From the NCBI GenBank assembly GCA_964347025.1, contig CAYFWU010000001.1, positions 26,081 through 90,080 of the forward strand: a stretch of DNA of 64,000 nt, in the 5' to 3' direction. A program made the translations under genes and the position numbers. Positions 28,440 to 38,221 of this stretch are shown piece by piece. A model generated the notes under the pieces. It was not told the DNA's origin. It saw only the letters and a program-made list of their open reading frames with translations, and ran no database searches. This DNA comes from an uncultured archaeon. GTDB taxonomy: Archaea > Aenigmatarchaeota > Aenigmatarchaeia > QMZP01 > QMZT01. Position 1 is the stretch's first letter, and the number at the start of each line of letters is the position of its first letter.

Positions 28440-29831
28440 TTAAATCTTTTTGGACAGGTCGGATTCGAAATATTTCCTCACAAACCTTGAAAATTCCTTA
28501 TTTTTCAAAAGCCCTTCAAAATTTTTCCCAGTCAAAACTCTGAAATCCTTGGAAACGCTCTCAGCCACATATGATCTTACACCATCCCCCAAAAGGGATT
28601 TTTTATTCCTCTTCAGAAAGTCGCCAAGAATGTTTTCAACTTTCCTATACTTCCTTTTCACCTCTGCAACCCATATCTTATCCTCTACATACAATTTCGA
28701 TCCTTTGTATTTACCGGTGAATTGTTCCGAGTGTTTCTTGGAGTATACAGGAGGGCCTTTCAGCATTCTTATTTTTGGTAAAAGCCAGCTTTTCATTTCA
28801 AAAAGAATATACGAATCATTCTCATCACTCCATACAGAGACATTGAAAACCTCAAAGTCATGATCTTTCAAGAGGTTGACAATTCTCAGCGATGTCTTTC
28901 TCATCTGTGACCAAAGGATGTCTTCAACCACCTTTGGCCTCTTGAAATGCAAAGCAAAAATTTTCGTGCCTCTGCCTTTCAGATGTTTCCTTAGTTCAGT
29001 GGCATTTATGGTTCGCAGGTCCCTTTCGAAAAACCCTTCGCCAGGTTTCTTCACAAAATGTTCACATGATTTCACAAACTTTATGAAATTCTCTTCAGAA
29101 AGCGCTGCAGCGACGTTTCTCTTAGGGTCTGTGGGATCTATAACAATAAGGGGATGATCCTTGAAAAGGGACTCGGGGCCTTTGACGGAGCAATGACCTT
29201 CCAGATCTATGAACTTCCCAAATTTCCAATTTCTTGCAGAAAGAACAAGTTTCTTGAAACTCTTGTATTTTATTATGAGAAGTTCACAGAGGTAACCGGA
29301 GAAACCTAACGTACGTACATCCGATCCATACACCTCTATGGCTTTGCAGAACTGCTTCAGAAGACGAACCTCTTTTGACATATTCGGTTTTAACTGTTTG
29401 GCTATGTACCTGTTATGGAAAGGAGTTCTGTCGACAGCAGAAATTATCCTTGAAGCCGATTTAACCTTGTAACATGGAACGATATCTATCGAAAAACCAT
29501 TAACCTTTCCCCTTACATAGGGATGTTCTGCATACGCTATTTCATACTCACCCTTAAGCTTTTTTATGATATTCTTTCCTGTTTCGAGACCCGACTTTTC
29601 GAGTTCTATCCTTGAATAAGAAACGGGAAACATTATGAAGAGATCTATTTCCTTCTTATCCGTTAGCCATGTGTCACGGATGAAAGAGCCAGCTACGGTT
29701 TTGCCCAGACCCATTGGTTTTATTACGTTCTCTGTGACAGCGATTATCCTTTCCAGTACATCGTTCAATTCACCCCTCTCCTTTTCTGTAGGTGTTATTT
29801 TTTTCAAAACCTTACGAAGGATATTCTCCAT
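28440..29831 (-). CDS. cca: CCA-adding tRNA nucleotidyltransferase (archaeal class I)
   Basis: GSFIRDTWLTDKKEIDLFIMFP is the nucleotidyltransferase GS...D.D motif. 463 aa archaeal CCA architecture. Confidence 0.85.
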   Translation of the reverse strand: MENILRKVLKKITPTEKERGELNDVLERIIAVTENVIKPMGLGKTVAGSFIRDTWLTDKKEIDLFIMFPVSYSRIELEKSGLETGKNIIKKLKGEYEIAYAEHPYVRGKVNGFSIDIVPCYKVKSASRIISAVDRTPFHNRYIAKQLKPNMSKEVRLLKQFCKAIEVYGSDVRTLGFSGYLCELLIIKYKSFKKLVLSARNWKFGKFIDLEGHCSVKGPESLFKDHPLIVIDPTDPKRNVAAALSEENFIKFVKSCEHFVKKPGEGFFERDLRTINATELRKHLKGRGTKIFALHFKRPKVVEDILWSQMRKTSLRIVNLLKDHDFEVFNVSVWSDENDSYILFEMKSWLLPKIRMLKGPPVYSKKHSEQFTGKYKGSKLYVEDKIWVAEVKRKYRKVENILGDFLKRNKKSLLGDGVRSYVAESVSKDFRVLTGKNFEGLLKNKEFSRFVRKYFESDLSKKI

Positions 29832-29872
29832 AGTAATTTATTTATTGCCCAACATTAAAAATAAAATGCGTC

Positions 29873-30721
29873 TTGATTGTTATGTTCAAGATTCTCACCA
29901 AGAACCCACTAGAATTGAAGAGGTTTGTTGATGTAGAAAAACCTGTGAATGAAATATCTTCGAAAAAACTAACGGTTTCTAAAGAAAGCGATAAACTCCG
30001 TTCCGTTATCAACCTCATACTTAAGAAATACAGAAGAATCCCAATAATTGACAGCCACAACCATTTGAAAGGAATAATTACAGCTACCGATGTACTAAAC
30101 ATTCTTGGTGGTGGAGAGAAAAATAAAGTTTTCCTGAAATACAAGAAGAGTTTTAACATACCTGCCAGAAAGGTGATGGAAAGACACGTTTTGACGATAG
30201 ATAAAAAAACGTCCATAAAGAAAACTTTAGAAATATTCAGAAGGGAGGAGAGGGGAGCGTATCCCGTGGTATATAAGAAGAAACTGGTGGGAATTGTATC
30301 AGAATGGGACCTTGTAAAACAGATAAGAGAAAAGGTTGATTTTCTGGTTGAGGACATCATGGTCAGAAAACCAATGATAGCAAAGCCAAATTACTCTCTA
30401 CTCGACACATCAAAAATAATATGCAGAGGCGGTTTTAGAAGACTCCCAATTGTTGATGACAACGTACTGGTTGGCATAGTGACACCAAAGGATATAATCG
30501 GACATTTAAATGAAAAGGGATTTCTGGACAAGTTGACCATGGTAAAGACGAAGACCAAGGATGTTATGAGGAAGAACGTTATTGTTGTCGATCCACGAAC
30601 AGAACTTTTTGAAGCAATAAAAATAATGAAAAAGAAGAGGATAGGAGGTCTTCCTGTAACCGATGGAGACGACCTTATAGGAATACTGACAGAAAGAGAC
30701 ATTGTAGATGCGTTTTTATGA
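29873..30721 (+). CDS. CBS-domain protein (four CBS repeats)
   Basis: Repeated motifs of the form (I/V)P(I/V)xDxxxxLxGIxTxxDI(L/V). Confidence 0.7.
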   Translation: MIVMFKILTKNPLELKRFVDVEKPVNEISSKKLTVSKESDKLRSVINLILKKYRRIPIIDSHNHLKGIITATDVLNILGGGEKNKVFLKYKKSFNIPARKVMERHVLTIDKKTSIKKTLEIFRREERGAYPVVYKKKLVGIVSEWDLVKQIREKVDFLVEDIMVRKPMIAKPNYSLLDTSKIICRGGFRRLPIVDDNVLVGIVTPKDIIGHLNEKGFLDKLTMVKTKTKDVMRKNVIVVDPRTELFEAIKIMKKKRIGGLPVTDGDDLIGILTERDIVDAFL

Positions 30722-31173
30722 CAAAGAACAGAATTATAACAATCGAGAAACTCAGAGAGCTTTTAGATGACCTTAGTGATAAACTTTTGATAGTTGAAGG
30801 CAAGAACGATAAAAAAGCTTTAAAAAGCCTAGGATTGAAAAATATTATTGCCATCGATGGCAGACCACTTTACGAGGTGGTTGAAAACATAGAAACAGAT
30901 AAGGAGATTGTAATACTTACAGACTTCGATAAAAAGGGCAGGGAGATCGGAAAACGACTGAAATACCTGCTCCAGAAACATAAAAAAAGAATAAACTCAA
31001 AATTGAGAGGTAAGACAATGTCTTTAGGAAAAAATCAAATAGAAGATTTGGCAAATTTGAATAGCCAAATCGCTTTTAAGGAGGTTGATATTCATGTCAA
31101 AACTCGCGCCAACATCAATAAAATATCTGATAAAGGCACAAATAAACGCAAAAGGGGTAATAGAGAAACCTGA
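30718..31173 (+). CDS. small Toprim-domain protein (COG1658/RNase M5-like)
   Basis: LLIVEGKNDKKALKSLG...AIDG...ILTDFDKKGREIG contains the Toprim E and DxD motifs. A 4-nt overlap with the upstream CBS gene. Its 3' end overlaps the DnaG start region. Confidence 0.55.
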   Translation: MTKNRIITIEKLRELLDDLSDKLLIVEGKNDKKALKSLGLKNIIAIDGRPLYEVVENIETDKEIVILTDFDKKGREIGKRLKYLLQKHKKRINSKLRGKTMSLGKNQIEDLANLNSQIAFKEVDIHVKTRANINKISDKGTNKRKRGNRET

Positions 31174-32278
31174 TGTAATAGGAGCTATTTTTGGGCAGAC
31201 AGAAGGTTTGCTTGGACCAGATCTGGATTTAAGGGAACTGCAGAGAACGGGAAGGATAGGAAGGATTGAGGTCAACATAAAATCAGAAAAGGGTAACTCT
31301 TACGGTGAACTAATAATACCTTCATCCTTGGATTCAACAGAAACAGCTTTGATAGCAGCAACATTGGAGACGATAGAAAGGGTGGGACCATGCATAGCAA
31401 AAATCACGCTGAAATCAGTTGAGGACACAAGGGAGATGAAGAGGAAATTCGTGGTTGACAAGGCAAAGATAATCCTGAAGGATTTGTTAGAGAAAGGTTT
31501 GCCCGATACCACAAAGATAACAGAGGACATAAAGGAGGAGATAAAGACACACGAGATAACGAGCTACAAAGGACTGCCATGCGGACCAAATCTACTCGAT
31601 TCTGATGAGATAATAATTGTGGAAGGACGAGCAGACGTAGTGAATCTTATAAGGTATGGAATAAAAAATGCCATAGCAATAGAAGGCAGTTCAATTCCAC
31701 AAACTATAATAGATATCTCGAAGGAGAAGATAACCACGGCTTTCTTGGACGGAGACAGAGGTGGGGACTTGAATCTGAAGGGCCTCATTGAAACAACGGA
31801 TCTGGATTACATAGCTGTCGCCCCGCCTGGCAAAGAGGTAGAGGAACTATCTAAAAAAGAGGTTTTTAAGTGCCTTAGGGATAAGATATCATCTTCCCAG
31901 TTTAAACTCGAAAAAACCAACAACTTAAAAAGGGAAGAAAAAAGGCCAATGGTTGTGAAGAGGGAATACACAAAACCCATGATAAGAATTACAGAGGATC
32001 AGAAGAAGGTATTCAAGAAAACCTTGGAAGAGCTGATAGGGACGAGAGCTGCCTGTATTTTTGATTCGAGTTTCAATCTGCTAGGTAAGGTTCCCGTGAA
32101 GGAATTGATAAATACTTTGAAGACCGTAGAAAATCCTTATGCGGTTATATTCGACGGCAGGATTGACTACAAACTGGAATCAATTGCGAAGAGAAAAGAC
32201 ATAAAGTTTCTCGTGGGCATGGAAAAGGAAAACATTAGATCCTCTGTGGGTATACTTTCCAAAGAGGACCTTAAGTAA
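31085..32278 (+). CDS. dnaG: archaeal DnaG-like primase (Toprim; exosome-associated). The likely true start is at Met 31094 (MSKLAP...).
   Basis: N-terminal SIKYLIKAQINAKGVIEKPDVIGAIFGQTEGLLGPDLDLRELQRTGRIGRI is the archaeal DnaG signature. A Toprim motif is present (IIIVEGRADV, 31615-31644). Confidence 0.8.
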   Translation: MIFMSKLAPTSIKYLIKAQINAKGVIEKPDVIGAIFGQTEGLLGPDLDLRELQRTGRIGRIEVNIKSEKGNSYGELIIPSSLDSTETALIAATLETIERVGPCIAKITLKSVEDTREMKRKFVVDKAKIILKDLLEKGLPDTTKITEDIKEEIKTHEITSYKGLPCGPNLLDSDEIIIVEGRADVVNLIRYGIKNAIAIEGSSIPQTIIDISKEKITTAFLDGDRGGDLNLKGLIETTDLDYIAVAPPGKEVEELSKKEVFKCLRDKISSSQFKLEKTNNLKREEKRPMVVKREYTKPMIRITEDQKKVFKKTLEELIGTRAACIFDSSFNLLGKVPVKELINTLKTVENPYAVIFDGRIDYKLESIAKRKDIKFLVGMEKENIRSSVGILSKEDLK

Positions 32279-32335
32279 TTTACAAATTTATTATGGGACG
32301 AACAAATATTATATATCAATAGTTCAGGTGATAGA

Positions 32336-33367
32336 ATGGAAGATCTGTTGAAAAGACTTGTTGAAGCACCATCCATTTCGGGTTCCGAAGGGAATGTTAG
32401 AGATATGATAATGAAGGAGATAAAGCCACACGTGGATGATATTAGGGTTGATAAAATAGGTAATCTCATTGCTAGAAAGGGCAAGGGGTCCCCTAAAATA
32501 ATGATAAATGCGCACATGGACGAAATTGGATTGATGGTAAAACACATAGACGAGAAAGGTTTCATAAGGTTCGAGCCAATAGGAGGCTGGGATAACAAGA
32601 TAATCCAGGCACAAAAATTCAAAATACATGGTTCTAAAGGAACTGTAATAGGGGTTGTAGGAGCAAAAGCGATACATCTTCAAGAAAGGGAAGAAGGCAA
32701 GAAGACAACAAAGATAAAGGACATGTTCATTGATGTTGGAGCAAAAAACAAGAAAGAAGTTGAAAAGATGGGGATTAGTGTTGGCGATTTCATAACCCAG
32801 CACGGTGGATTTAACAAACTTGGTGGCTCTAGAGTAACAGGATACGGCTTTGATGATAGAATAGGGTGCCTAGAACTGATAGAAATTGTCAAGGGACTTA
32901 AAAAGTTCAAGGGAACTGTTTACGCTGTTGGAACGGTTAAGGAGGAGCTAGGGCTAATAGGCATAAGAGGATCAACATTCAGTATAAACCCTGATGTCCT
33001 TATATCTTTGGATGTTACCTTCAGCGGTGATGTACCTCACCTGAAACCGCATGAAGCAATAGCAATTATGGGCAATGGACCTGCACTGCTCATCAAGGAT
33101 TCATTGAGCATAATACAAGACAATCTTAAGAAATGGGTTCAGAATGTTGCAAAAAAGAACAAGATCCCATTACAATATGATGTATTGAGTGCTGGGGCAA
33201 CCGACTCTTCTATAGCATCGACAATTAGAGAAGGCATCCCATCCTTAGCGATATTAACACCTTCACGTTATATGCATACACCCGTTGAGATCGCGGATAT
33301 GAAGGACGTGAAGAATGCAGTGGAGATTGTTAAAGAACTTGTTAAGAGTGCGCACAAACACCTATAG
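32336..33367 (+). CDS. M42-family (TET/FrvX) aminopeptidase
   Basis: N-terminus LLKRLVEAPSISGSEGNVRDMI, the motif HMDEIGLMV, and a 343-aa length. Confidence 0.8.
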   Translation: MEDLLKRLVEAPSISGSEGNVRDMIMKEIKPHVDDIRVDKIGNLIARKGKGSPKIMINAHMDEIGLMVKHIDEKGFIRFEPIGGWDNKIIQAQKFKIHGSKGTVIGVVGAKAIHLQEREEGKKTTKIKDMFIDVGAKNKKEVEKMGISVGDFITQHGGFNKLGGSRVTGYGFDDRIGCLELIEIVKGLKKFKGTVYAVGTVKEELGLIGIRGSTFSINPDVLISLDVTFSGDVPHLKPHEAIAIMGNGPALLIKDSLSIIQDNLKKWVQNVAKKNKIPLQYDVLSAGATDSSIASTIREGIPSLAILTPSRYMHTPVEIADMKDVKNAVEIVKELVKSAHKHL

Positions 33368-33745
33368 AACCTTCACATGTTCACGTATTGGTATCACTTC
33401 CAGTTCACCCTTGTAAAACTGAACATTACCAATTACGTTGAGCTCATTTTCATCTTTTATTTCATTTATATTCACGCCACTCAATTCCAACAACTCTAAT
33501 GTATCTTTCCATAAAACAATCTTTATCTCCCCTGTATCGTCCTTAAGATCGAAGAATGCATTTCCTTTATTAATTTTTAAACTAGTTATCCTTCCTGTTA
33601 TGTTCACAGTTCTGCCCACATAGCTGGAATCAATTTCACCTATATTCACGTGAAATGAATGTAGTTGATTAACAAGAAAATACAGCACTAACAAACCAAT
33701 AACAACGCCTATGAATGAAATTTTTGTCAATTTAGCTTCATTCAT
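33362..33745 (-). CDS. membrane-anchored OB-fold protein (tRNA_anti/BOF-like)
   Basis: An N-terminal TM segment followed by the OB pattern VNITGRITSLK..GNAFFDLKDDTGEIKIVLW. Confidence 0.4.
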   Translation of the reverse strand: MNEAKLTKISFIGVVIGLLVLYFLVNQLHSFHVNIGEIDSSYVGRTVNITGRITSLKINKGNAFFDLKDDTGEIKIVLWKDTLELLELSGVNINEIKDENELNVIGNVQFYKGELEVIPIREHVKVL

Positions 33746-33746
33746 A

Positions 33747-34295
33747 TCAATTTCCTCCCAGCTTAAAAACTGCTAAATCAGTATATACAGGCCCATTTCT
33801 GGTAAGGACACTGCTTTTTAACTTCACGTCTTTCACGGCCATTTCACCTATCTTCACATCTTTATGTTTATTTATGAAATCCAAAAGTAGGTCCCTGTTC
33901 CTTCCCGATTTGACCCGTCCTATGGTTAAGTGTGGCGATTTATTTTTTTCACCGATATTTAAGCAATCATTCATATTCTTCACCAACTTCACAAAATCAT
34001 CTTTACCTTCATCCACATCCAGCCATAAAGTTTTTATATGTTTCGGGCTTCCAAAATAACATAGTCCCTGTATGTTTATTTTGAAAACATAATTTCCCCT
34101 CAGGCCCCTTTCAACAGATTTTTTAATCACATCAACTTCATCCTCTTCAACTTCCCCAAGAAACTTTAGCGTGAAATGAAGATTTTCAGGCTCCACCAGC
34201 TTGATATCCAAATTCATACTAATTATCTCATTCTGGATCTCCTTTACTTGCTTTGCAAGATCCTTGTTCAAATCAACCGCCAAAAAACACCGCAT
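33747..34295 (-). CDS. thpR: RNA 2',3'-cyclic phosphodiesterase / 2'-5' RNA ligase (2H family)
   Basis: Two H-x-T/S-x motifs (HFTLKFLG and HLTIGR). Length 182 aa. Confidence 0.75.
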   Translation of the reverse strand: MRCFLAVDLNKDLAKQVKEIQNEIISMNLDIKLVEPENLHFTLKFLGEVEEDEVDVIKKSVERGLRGNYVFKINIQGLCYFGSPKHIKTLWLDVDEGKDDFVKLVKNMNDCLNIGEKNKSPHLTIGRVKSGRNRDLLLDFINKHKDVKIGEMAVKDVKLKSSVLTRNGPVYTDLAVFKLGGN

Positions 34296-34376
34296 AAAAA
34301 TTTATTGTTAAATTTATATATAAATTTCATCCACCTTCACTAAATATTTAAATATTTTAGCCAAATATATGAAATT

Positions 34377-35453
34377 ATGAACTTGGATATGAACTTAAGT
34401 GAAAAATATGTGAAGTTGTTCAGTTGGAGTGAAAATCCATTCAGCTTTAAGATACTACCTAACCTATTTGTAGGTTATATGAAAGAAACAGAGAACATTT
34501 TAGACAATATAAGAAGCATGGACAAGTTCTCTCTCCTACTCGGACCTACGGGTTCTGGTAAAACAACCCTCCTTAAGTTTATAGCAGACAAATTTGATGG
34601 TAAAAGCATTTTCTACTTATCGAAACCGCCAAAAAATCCAGAAGACTGGGTAAATATATTCACGAACTTCATAGGATTTGGAATAATGGAGAGGCTCTTT
34701 TCAAGAAGAAAGAATCTCAACTTGTATAACCTTAGTGAATGGGTAAACAAAAAAACACAAAGAAGGAAAATTGTCCTACTCTTGGATGAAGGACATGAGG
34801 CCACAATAGAAACGCTTGAATGGCTGAGAACCCTGACAGATCAGATAGATAATCTATCAATCGTGATAGCAGGTTTGCCCACCCTCGAACAGATTCTGAG
34901 AGAAAATCTTGAAACCTTCATAAGGAGGGTAAGTACGAAGGTGGAGCTAACGAATCTCACAAAATCGGAAACAAGAGAACTTATTAAAAAAAGAATAGAA
35001 TGGGTTGGCGGTAATGATATAAAACCTTTCACTTCTGAAACCATACAGGTTATACACGAAAAGACAGGGGGGTTCCCCAGAGAGGTAATAAAACTGTGCA
35101 ACGATTTTGTTCAAAAAGCGACCGAAAGAAACATATCTACAATAGACCCCAATTTCCTGGAAGAAATCAGAACGGAAGCACCCAGAAGGGTTTCATTGGG
35201 GAGCATAAACAACCTACCATCTCGTCAGAAGCTTATTTTGGAACTATTGAATAAAAACAAAGATATAACACCATCAGAAGTGGTCTCAAACATCGAACTG
35301 GATGGATACCGGGATAAGGAAAATGCAATAAGATCGGTTAACAATATACTTAAGAGACTCTTGAAGGACGGTTTGGTAACGAGAAGGAGAGCAGGCAAGA
35401 CATTCCAATACAAACTTTCAGATAAAGTAAAAACAATGATGGTTAATGCGTAA
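34377..35453 (+). CDS. AAA+ ATPase of the Orc1/Cdc6-ExeA-like clade with a C-terminal winged helix
   Basis: Walker A LLLGPTGSGKTTL, Walker B VLLLDEGHE, a sensor-1-like IVIAGLPT, and a C-terminal wHTH (...LLKDGLVTRRRAGKTFQYKLS). Confidence 0.5.
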   Translation: MNLDMNLSEKYVKLFSWSENPFSFKILPNLFVGYMKETENILDNIRSMDKFSLLLGPTGSGKTTLLKFIADKFDGKSIFYLSKPPKNPEDWVNIFTNFIGFGIMERLFSRRKNLNLYNLSEWVNKKTQRRKIVLLLDEGHEATIETLEWLRTLTDQIDNLSIVIAGLPTLEQILRENLETFIRRVSTKVELTNLTKSETRELIKKRIEWVGGNDIKPFTSETIQVIHEKTGGFPREVIKLCNDFVQKATERNISTIDPNFLEEIRTEAPRRVSLGSINNLPSRQKLILELLNKNKDITPSEVVSNIELDGYRDKENAIRSVNNILKRLLKDGLVTRRRAGKTFQYKLSDKVKTMMVNA

Positions 35454-35507
35454 TTTTTAAATACTTTGTTTTTAAATATATAGCATAATGTTTTCAGGAG
35501 GGGTATT

Positions 35508-35768
35508 ATGGAAGAGAGAGTGAGAAGCAGACAACTGGTCGGCAAGATATTAGTTTCTGAGGAAACAGGAAAGAAGTTTGGTGTTGTTGGTGATCTTGAT
35601 TACATTATAGAATCAGGCGAGCTTATAAATCTGGTTTTAATTGAACCAACAAAGCATACAACTGAACTCAATCTTCAGGAAGATGACAGGGGAAGGGTTC
35701 TGGTTCCCTTTTCAGCTGTAAAATCAGTTGGAGATTTCGTAATAGTTACGGAAAAGGATATAATTTAA
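35508..35768 (+). CDS. PRC-barrel domain protein
   Basis: An 86-aa pattern LVGKILVSEETGKKFGVVGDLDYI...VPFSAVKSVGDFVIV. Confidence 0.55.
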   Translation: MEERVRSRQLVGKILVSEETGKKFGVVGDLDYIIESGELINLVLIEPTKHTTELNLQEDDRGRVLVPFSAVKSVGDFVIVTEKDII

Positions 35769-35833
35769 TCTCCAGACCATTTTATTCCAGATTTTAGGAT
35801 AGATATAAATTTGACCCGGTCAATATACTATTT

Positions 35834-36136
35834 ATGAGAGAGAAAGGATACTATCGAAATACAATAAAAAACGTTATGCAGATACTAAATTTACTGAAAA
35901 AATACGAAAAAACAGGGGAATTGCTAACGATATCTAAAATATCAAAATTAACAGGCATGCATAAATGGACAGTGTCCAGAACCCTGGATCTCTATATGCA
36001 GAATTTTGTTGAAATAACTATCCCAGATGGTTTTGAAGATGTCGGTTTACATATAAAATTCGTAAGATTAAAGAGACCTGACATAACAAAAGAACAGGTT
36101 TTACGCCTACTTAAACTGCGAAGTCTCACTTTTTAA
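35834..36136 (+). CDS. small winged-helix DNA-binding protein
   Basis: 100 aa. [21 protein letters not shown] is a plausible HTH. No further assignment. Confidence 0.3.
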   Translation: MREKGYYRNTIKNVMQILNLLKKYEKTGELLTISKISKLTGMHKWTVSRTLDLYMQNFVEITIPDGFEDVGLHIKFVRLKRPDITKEQVLRLLKLRSLTF

Positions 36137-37068
36137 TCCCTCACACCCTCTGTTATTACCCTGAACACAGCCTCTCCTTCTGGCATGTTCGGTGAGTCTA
36201 TCAGCTTCGCTATCCTTTTATCTCCTTTGGATTTCCTGAGATAAACACGGAACGTCGCCTGATGCCCTAATATGTGACCTCCTATGGGGGCAGTCGGGTC
36301 CCCGAAAAGAACATCCGGCCTTGCCATAACCTGATTTGTTACGTATATGGCCACGTTGTAGACATCGGCTAACCTTTGTAGTTTATGCAGGTGTCTGTTC
36401 AGTTTTTGCTGACGGTCGGCCAGAGTTCCTCTTCCCGTGTAATCCGAACGGAAAGATGACGTTACAGAATCAACTATCAAAAGTTTAATATCCTCTTTCT
36501 TTAGTATCTCCTCTGCTTTCTCGGCCAAGAGGACTTGATGATCTGAATTGTAAGCCCTTGCAACAAAGACGTTTTCCATAGTTTTCTTGGGATCAAGACC
36601 CAAGGATTCTGCCATTTGCTGGATTCTTTCAGGTCTGAATGTTTGCTCGGTGTCTATGAAGAGCGCCTTACCTCCCATGCCACCTTTTTCCTTCGGGAGC
36701 TGGACCGTTACAGCCAGCTGATGTGCCAACTGAGATTTCCCTGAACCATATGCACCATGCATCTCTGTTATTGCCTGCGTTTCGATTCCTCCACCAAGCA
36801 GGTCATCCAGTGCTTTGGAACCGGTTGTTATTTTACCAACTTGTTCCCTCTTTTTTAAAACATCGCCTGCTGACTCGAAACCCATTTCCAGCTTTTGCCT
36901 CGCTCCAGCTATTATCTTGTTTGCACTTTCAACACCCAGTCCAGTAGCGGCTGACAGTTCCCCGGCCGAGGCAGCAGCTATACTCATAATATTATCATAA
37001 CCAGATTCCTTTAACTTTTCCAAAGTTTTATCTCCAACCCCAGGCAAACCAGTCAGATCCTTTGACAT
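36133..37068 (-). CDS. radA: RadA recombinase
   Basis: N-terminal HhH ([15 protein letters not shown]), Walker [10 protein letters not shown], and a 311-aa length. Confidence 0.9.
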   Translation of the reverse strand: MSKDLTGLPGVGDKTLEKLKESGYDNIMSIAAASAGELSAATGLGVESANKIIAGARQKLEMGFESAGDVLKKREQVGKITTGSKALDDLLGGGIETQAITEMHGAYGSGKSQLAHQLAVTVQLPKEKGGMGGKALFIDTEQTFRPERIQQMAESLGLDPKKTMENVFVARAYNSDHQVLLAEKAEEILKKEDIKLLIVDSVTSSFRSDYTGRGTLADRQQKLNRHLHKLQRLADVYNVAIYVTNQVMARPDVLFGDPTAPIGGHILGHQATFRVYLRKSKGDKRIAKLIDSPNMPEGEAVFRVITEGVRD

Positions 37069-37107
37069 AAAACCACCTCGTTAACCTTTATATTTCTTTT
37101 TAAGACT

Positions 37108-38148
37108 TTAATCTTTAATGCCCTCTATTCTTTCCAACATATTTTTAGTTTCCTTCTCGGTATCCATAATTTCAACTTCATTTGACATGAATTCCATTCT
37201 ATCTGTAAACTGATTCTTCTTAATCCTCCCTCTGATCATGAATTCCTTACCCAAGACATCAAAATTTTCATAAATCGATAAAGGATCGGCATGTTTTGAG
37301 GCCAAGTCCCTTATGTCTTCGGTATTCTTGTCTAAAATCTTCTCGGCCAAGTCCCTGAAAAAGACCACGCGTACGTTCCCTGAACCATCATCAACAACCC
37401 CCGATATCACAAGCTGATATTTGGGTTCAATGTTTCCGTGATCCTTACATGCCCAGACGTCTCCTGATTTTTCAATCCTAGTTTCACACTTAGGGCAGAC
37501 CTCAAAGAAAGGGTTCCTTCTGAATAACTGAACGAGAGAAGCACGAATTTCGCTGTACTCACCTTCCTTCAAGCCACTGATATCCTTCGTTTTAACTGTC
37601 TCGAAATCCCTTTGGATATCCTCGCCTTTGGGCACTCCCAAATCTTTCCCTTCAACCCTTTCAATCTTACCGAACTTTCCCAATCTAAGCTCGTTGTTAC
37701 CTCTGCTATCCTCTTTTACATATCCACTGCTGACCCTAAGGACATCGTTTTCATTTATTTGCAGTGTTTTAAGAAGATCTATCTCCTTGTCCCACAGTGA
37801 CAACCGAATCGTCCCTGTCTCGTCTCCTAATACCAAGTTAACAACAGAACCGCTCCTTCCATTCTTATCAAAATCCCTTTTTTCAGCAACATTCACAACC
37901 CTTCCAATTAAATCCACGGATTTCATCCCTGAAATCACATTCTTGATCCTCAGTTCTTTCTTTTTGGTTTCTTTCAAAAGGTTAACACCAAGCTCCTTCC
38001 CAACAATGTATGCTGCTCCCTCCTCGGAAACCAGACCAGAGAGCTCTGTCTGCTTCTCACCAATTCTTTTCCTCACCTCTTCCTCAGACAGATCAGAGAC
38101 TTTCACGATTTCCTGTATGATCTCTTTCAGAGAATACATGGTAATCAC
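37108..38148 (-). CDS. rpa: replication protein A (ssDNA-binding, OB folds plus Zn ribbon)
   Basis: An OB-fold region and the Zn ribbon CPKCETRIEKSGDVWACKDHG. Located upstream of radA. Confidence 0.75.
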   Translation of the reverse strand: MITMYSLKEIIQEIVKVSDLSEEEVRKRIGEKQTELSGLVSEEGAAYIVGKELGVNLLKETKKKELRIKNVISGMKSVDLIGRVVNVAEKRDFDKNGRSGSVVNLVLGDETGTIRLSLWDKEIDLLKTLQINENDVLRVSSGYVKEDSRGNNELRLGKFGKIERVEGKDLGVPKGEDIQRDFETVKTKDISGLKEGEYSEIRASLVQLFRRNPFFEVCPKCETRIEKSGDVWACKDHGNIEPKYQLVISGVVDDGSGNVRVVFFRDLAEKILDKNTEDIRDLASKHADPLSIYENFDVLGKEFMIRGRIKKNQFTDRMEFMSNEVEIMDTEKETKNMLERIEGIKD

Positions 38149-38221
38149 AGACTTTAATAAAGAATTGAAAATTAGTTATAAAAGATTATGTTTAAACTTC
38201 TTCAACCAAAAAATAATTTCT

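Noticed and set aside
34296-34376. Possible second replication origin next to the Orc1-like ATPase
   Set aside because: The intergenic region is AT-rich but contains no ORB or mini-ORB (TCCAnnGGAAA) elements.
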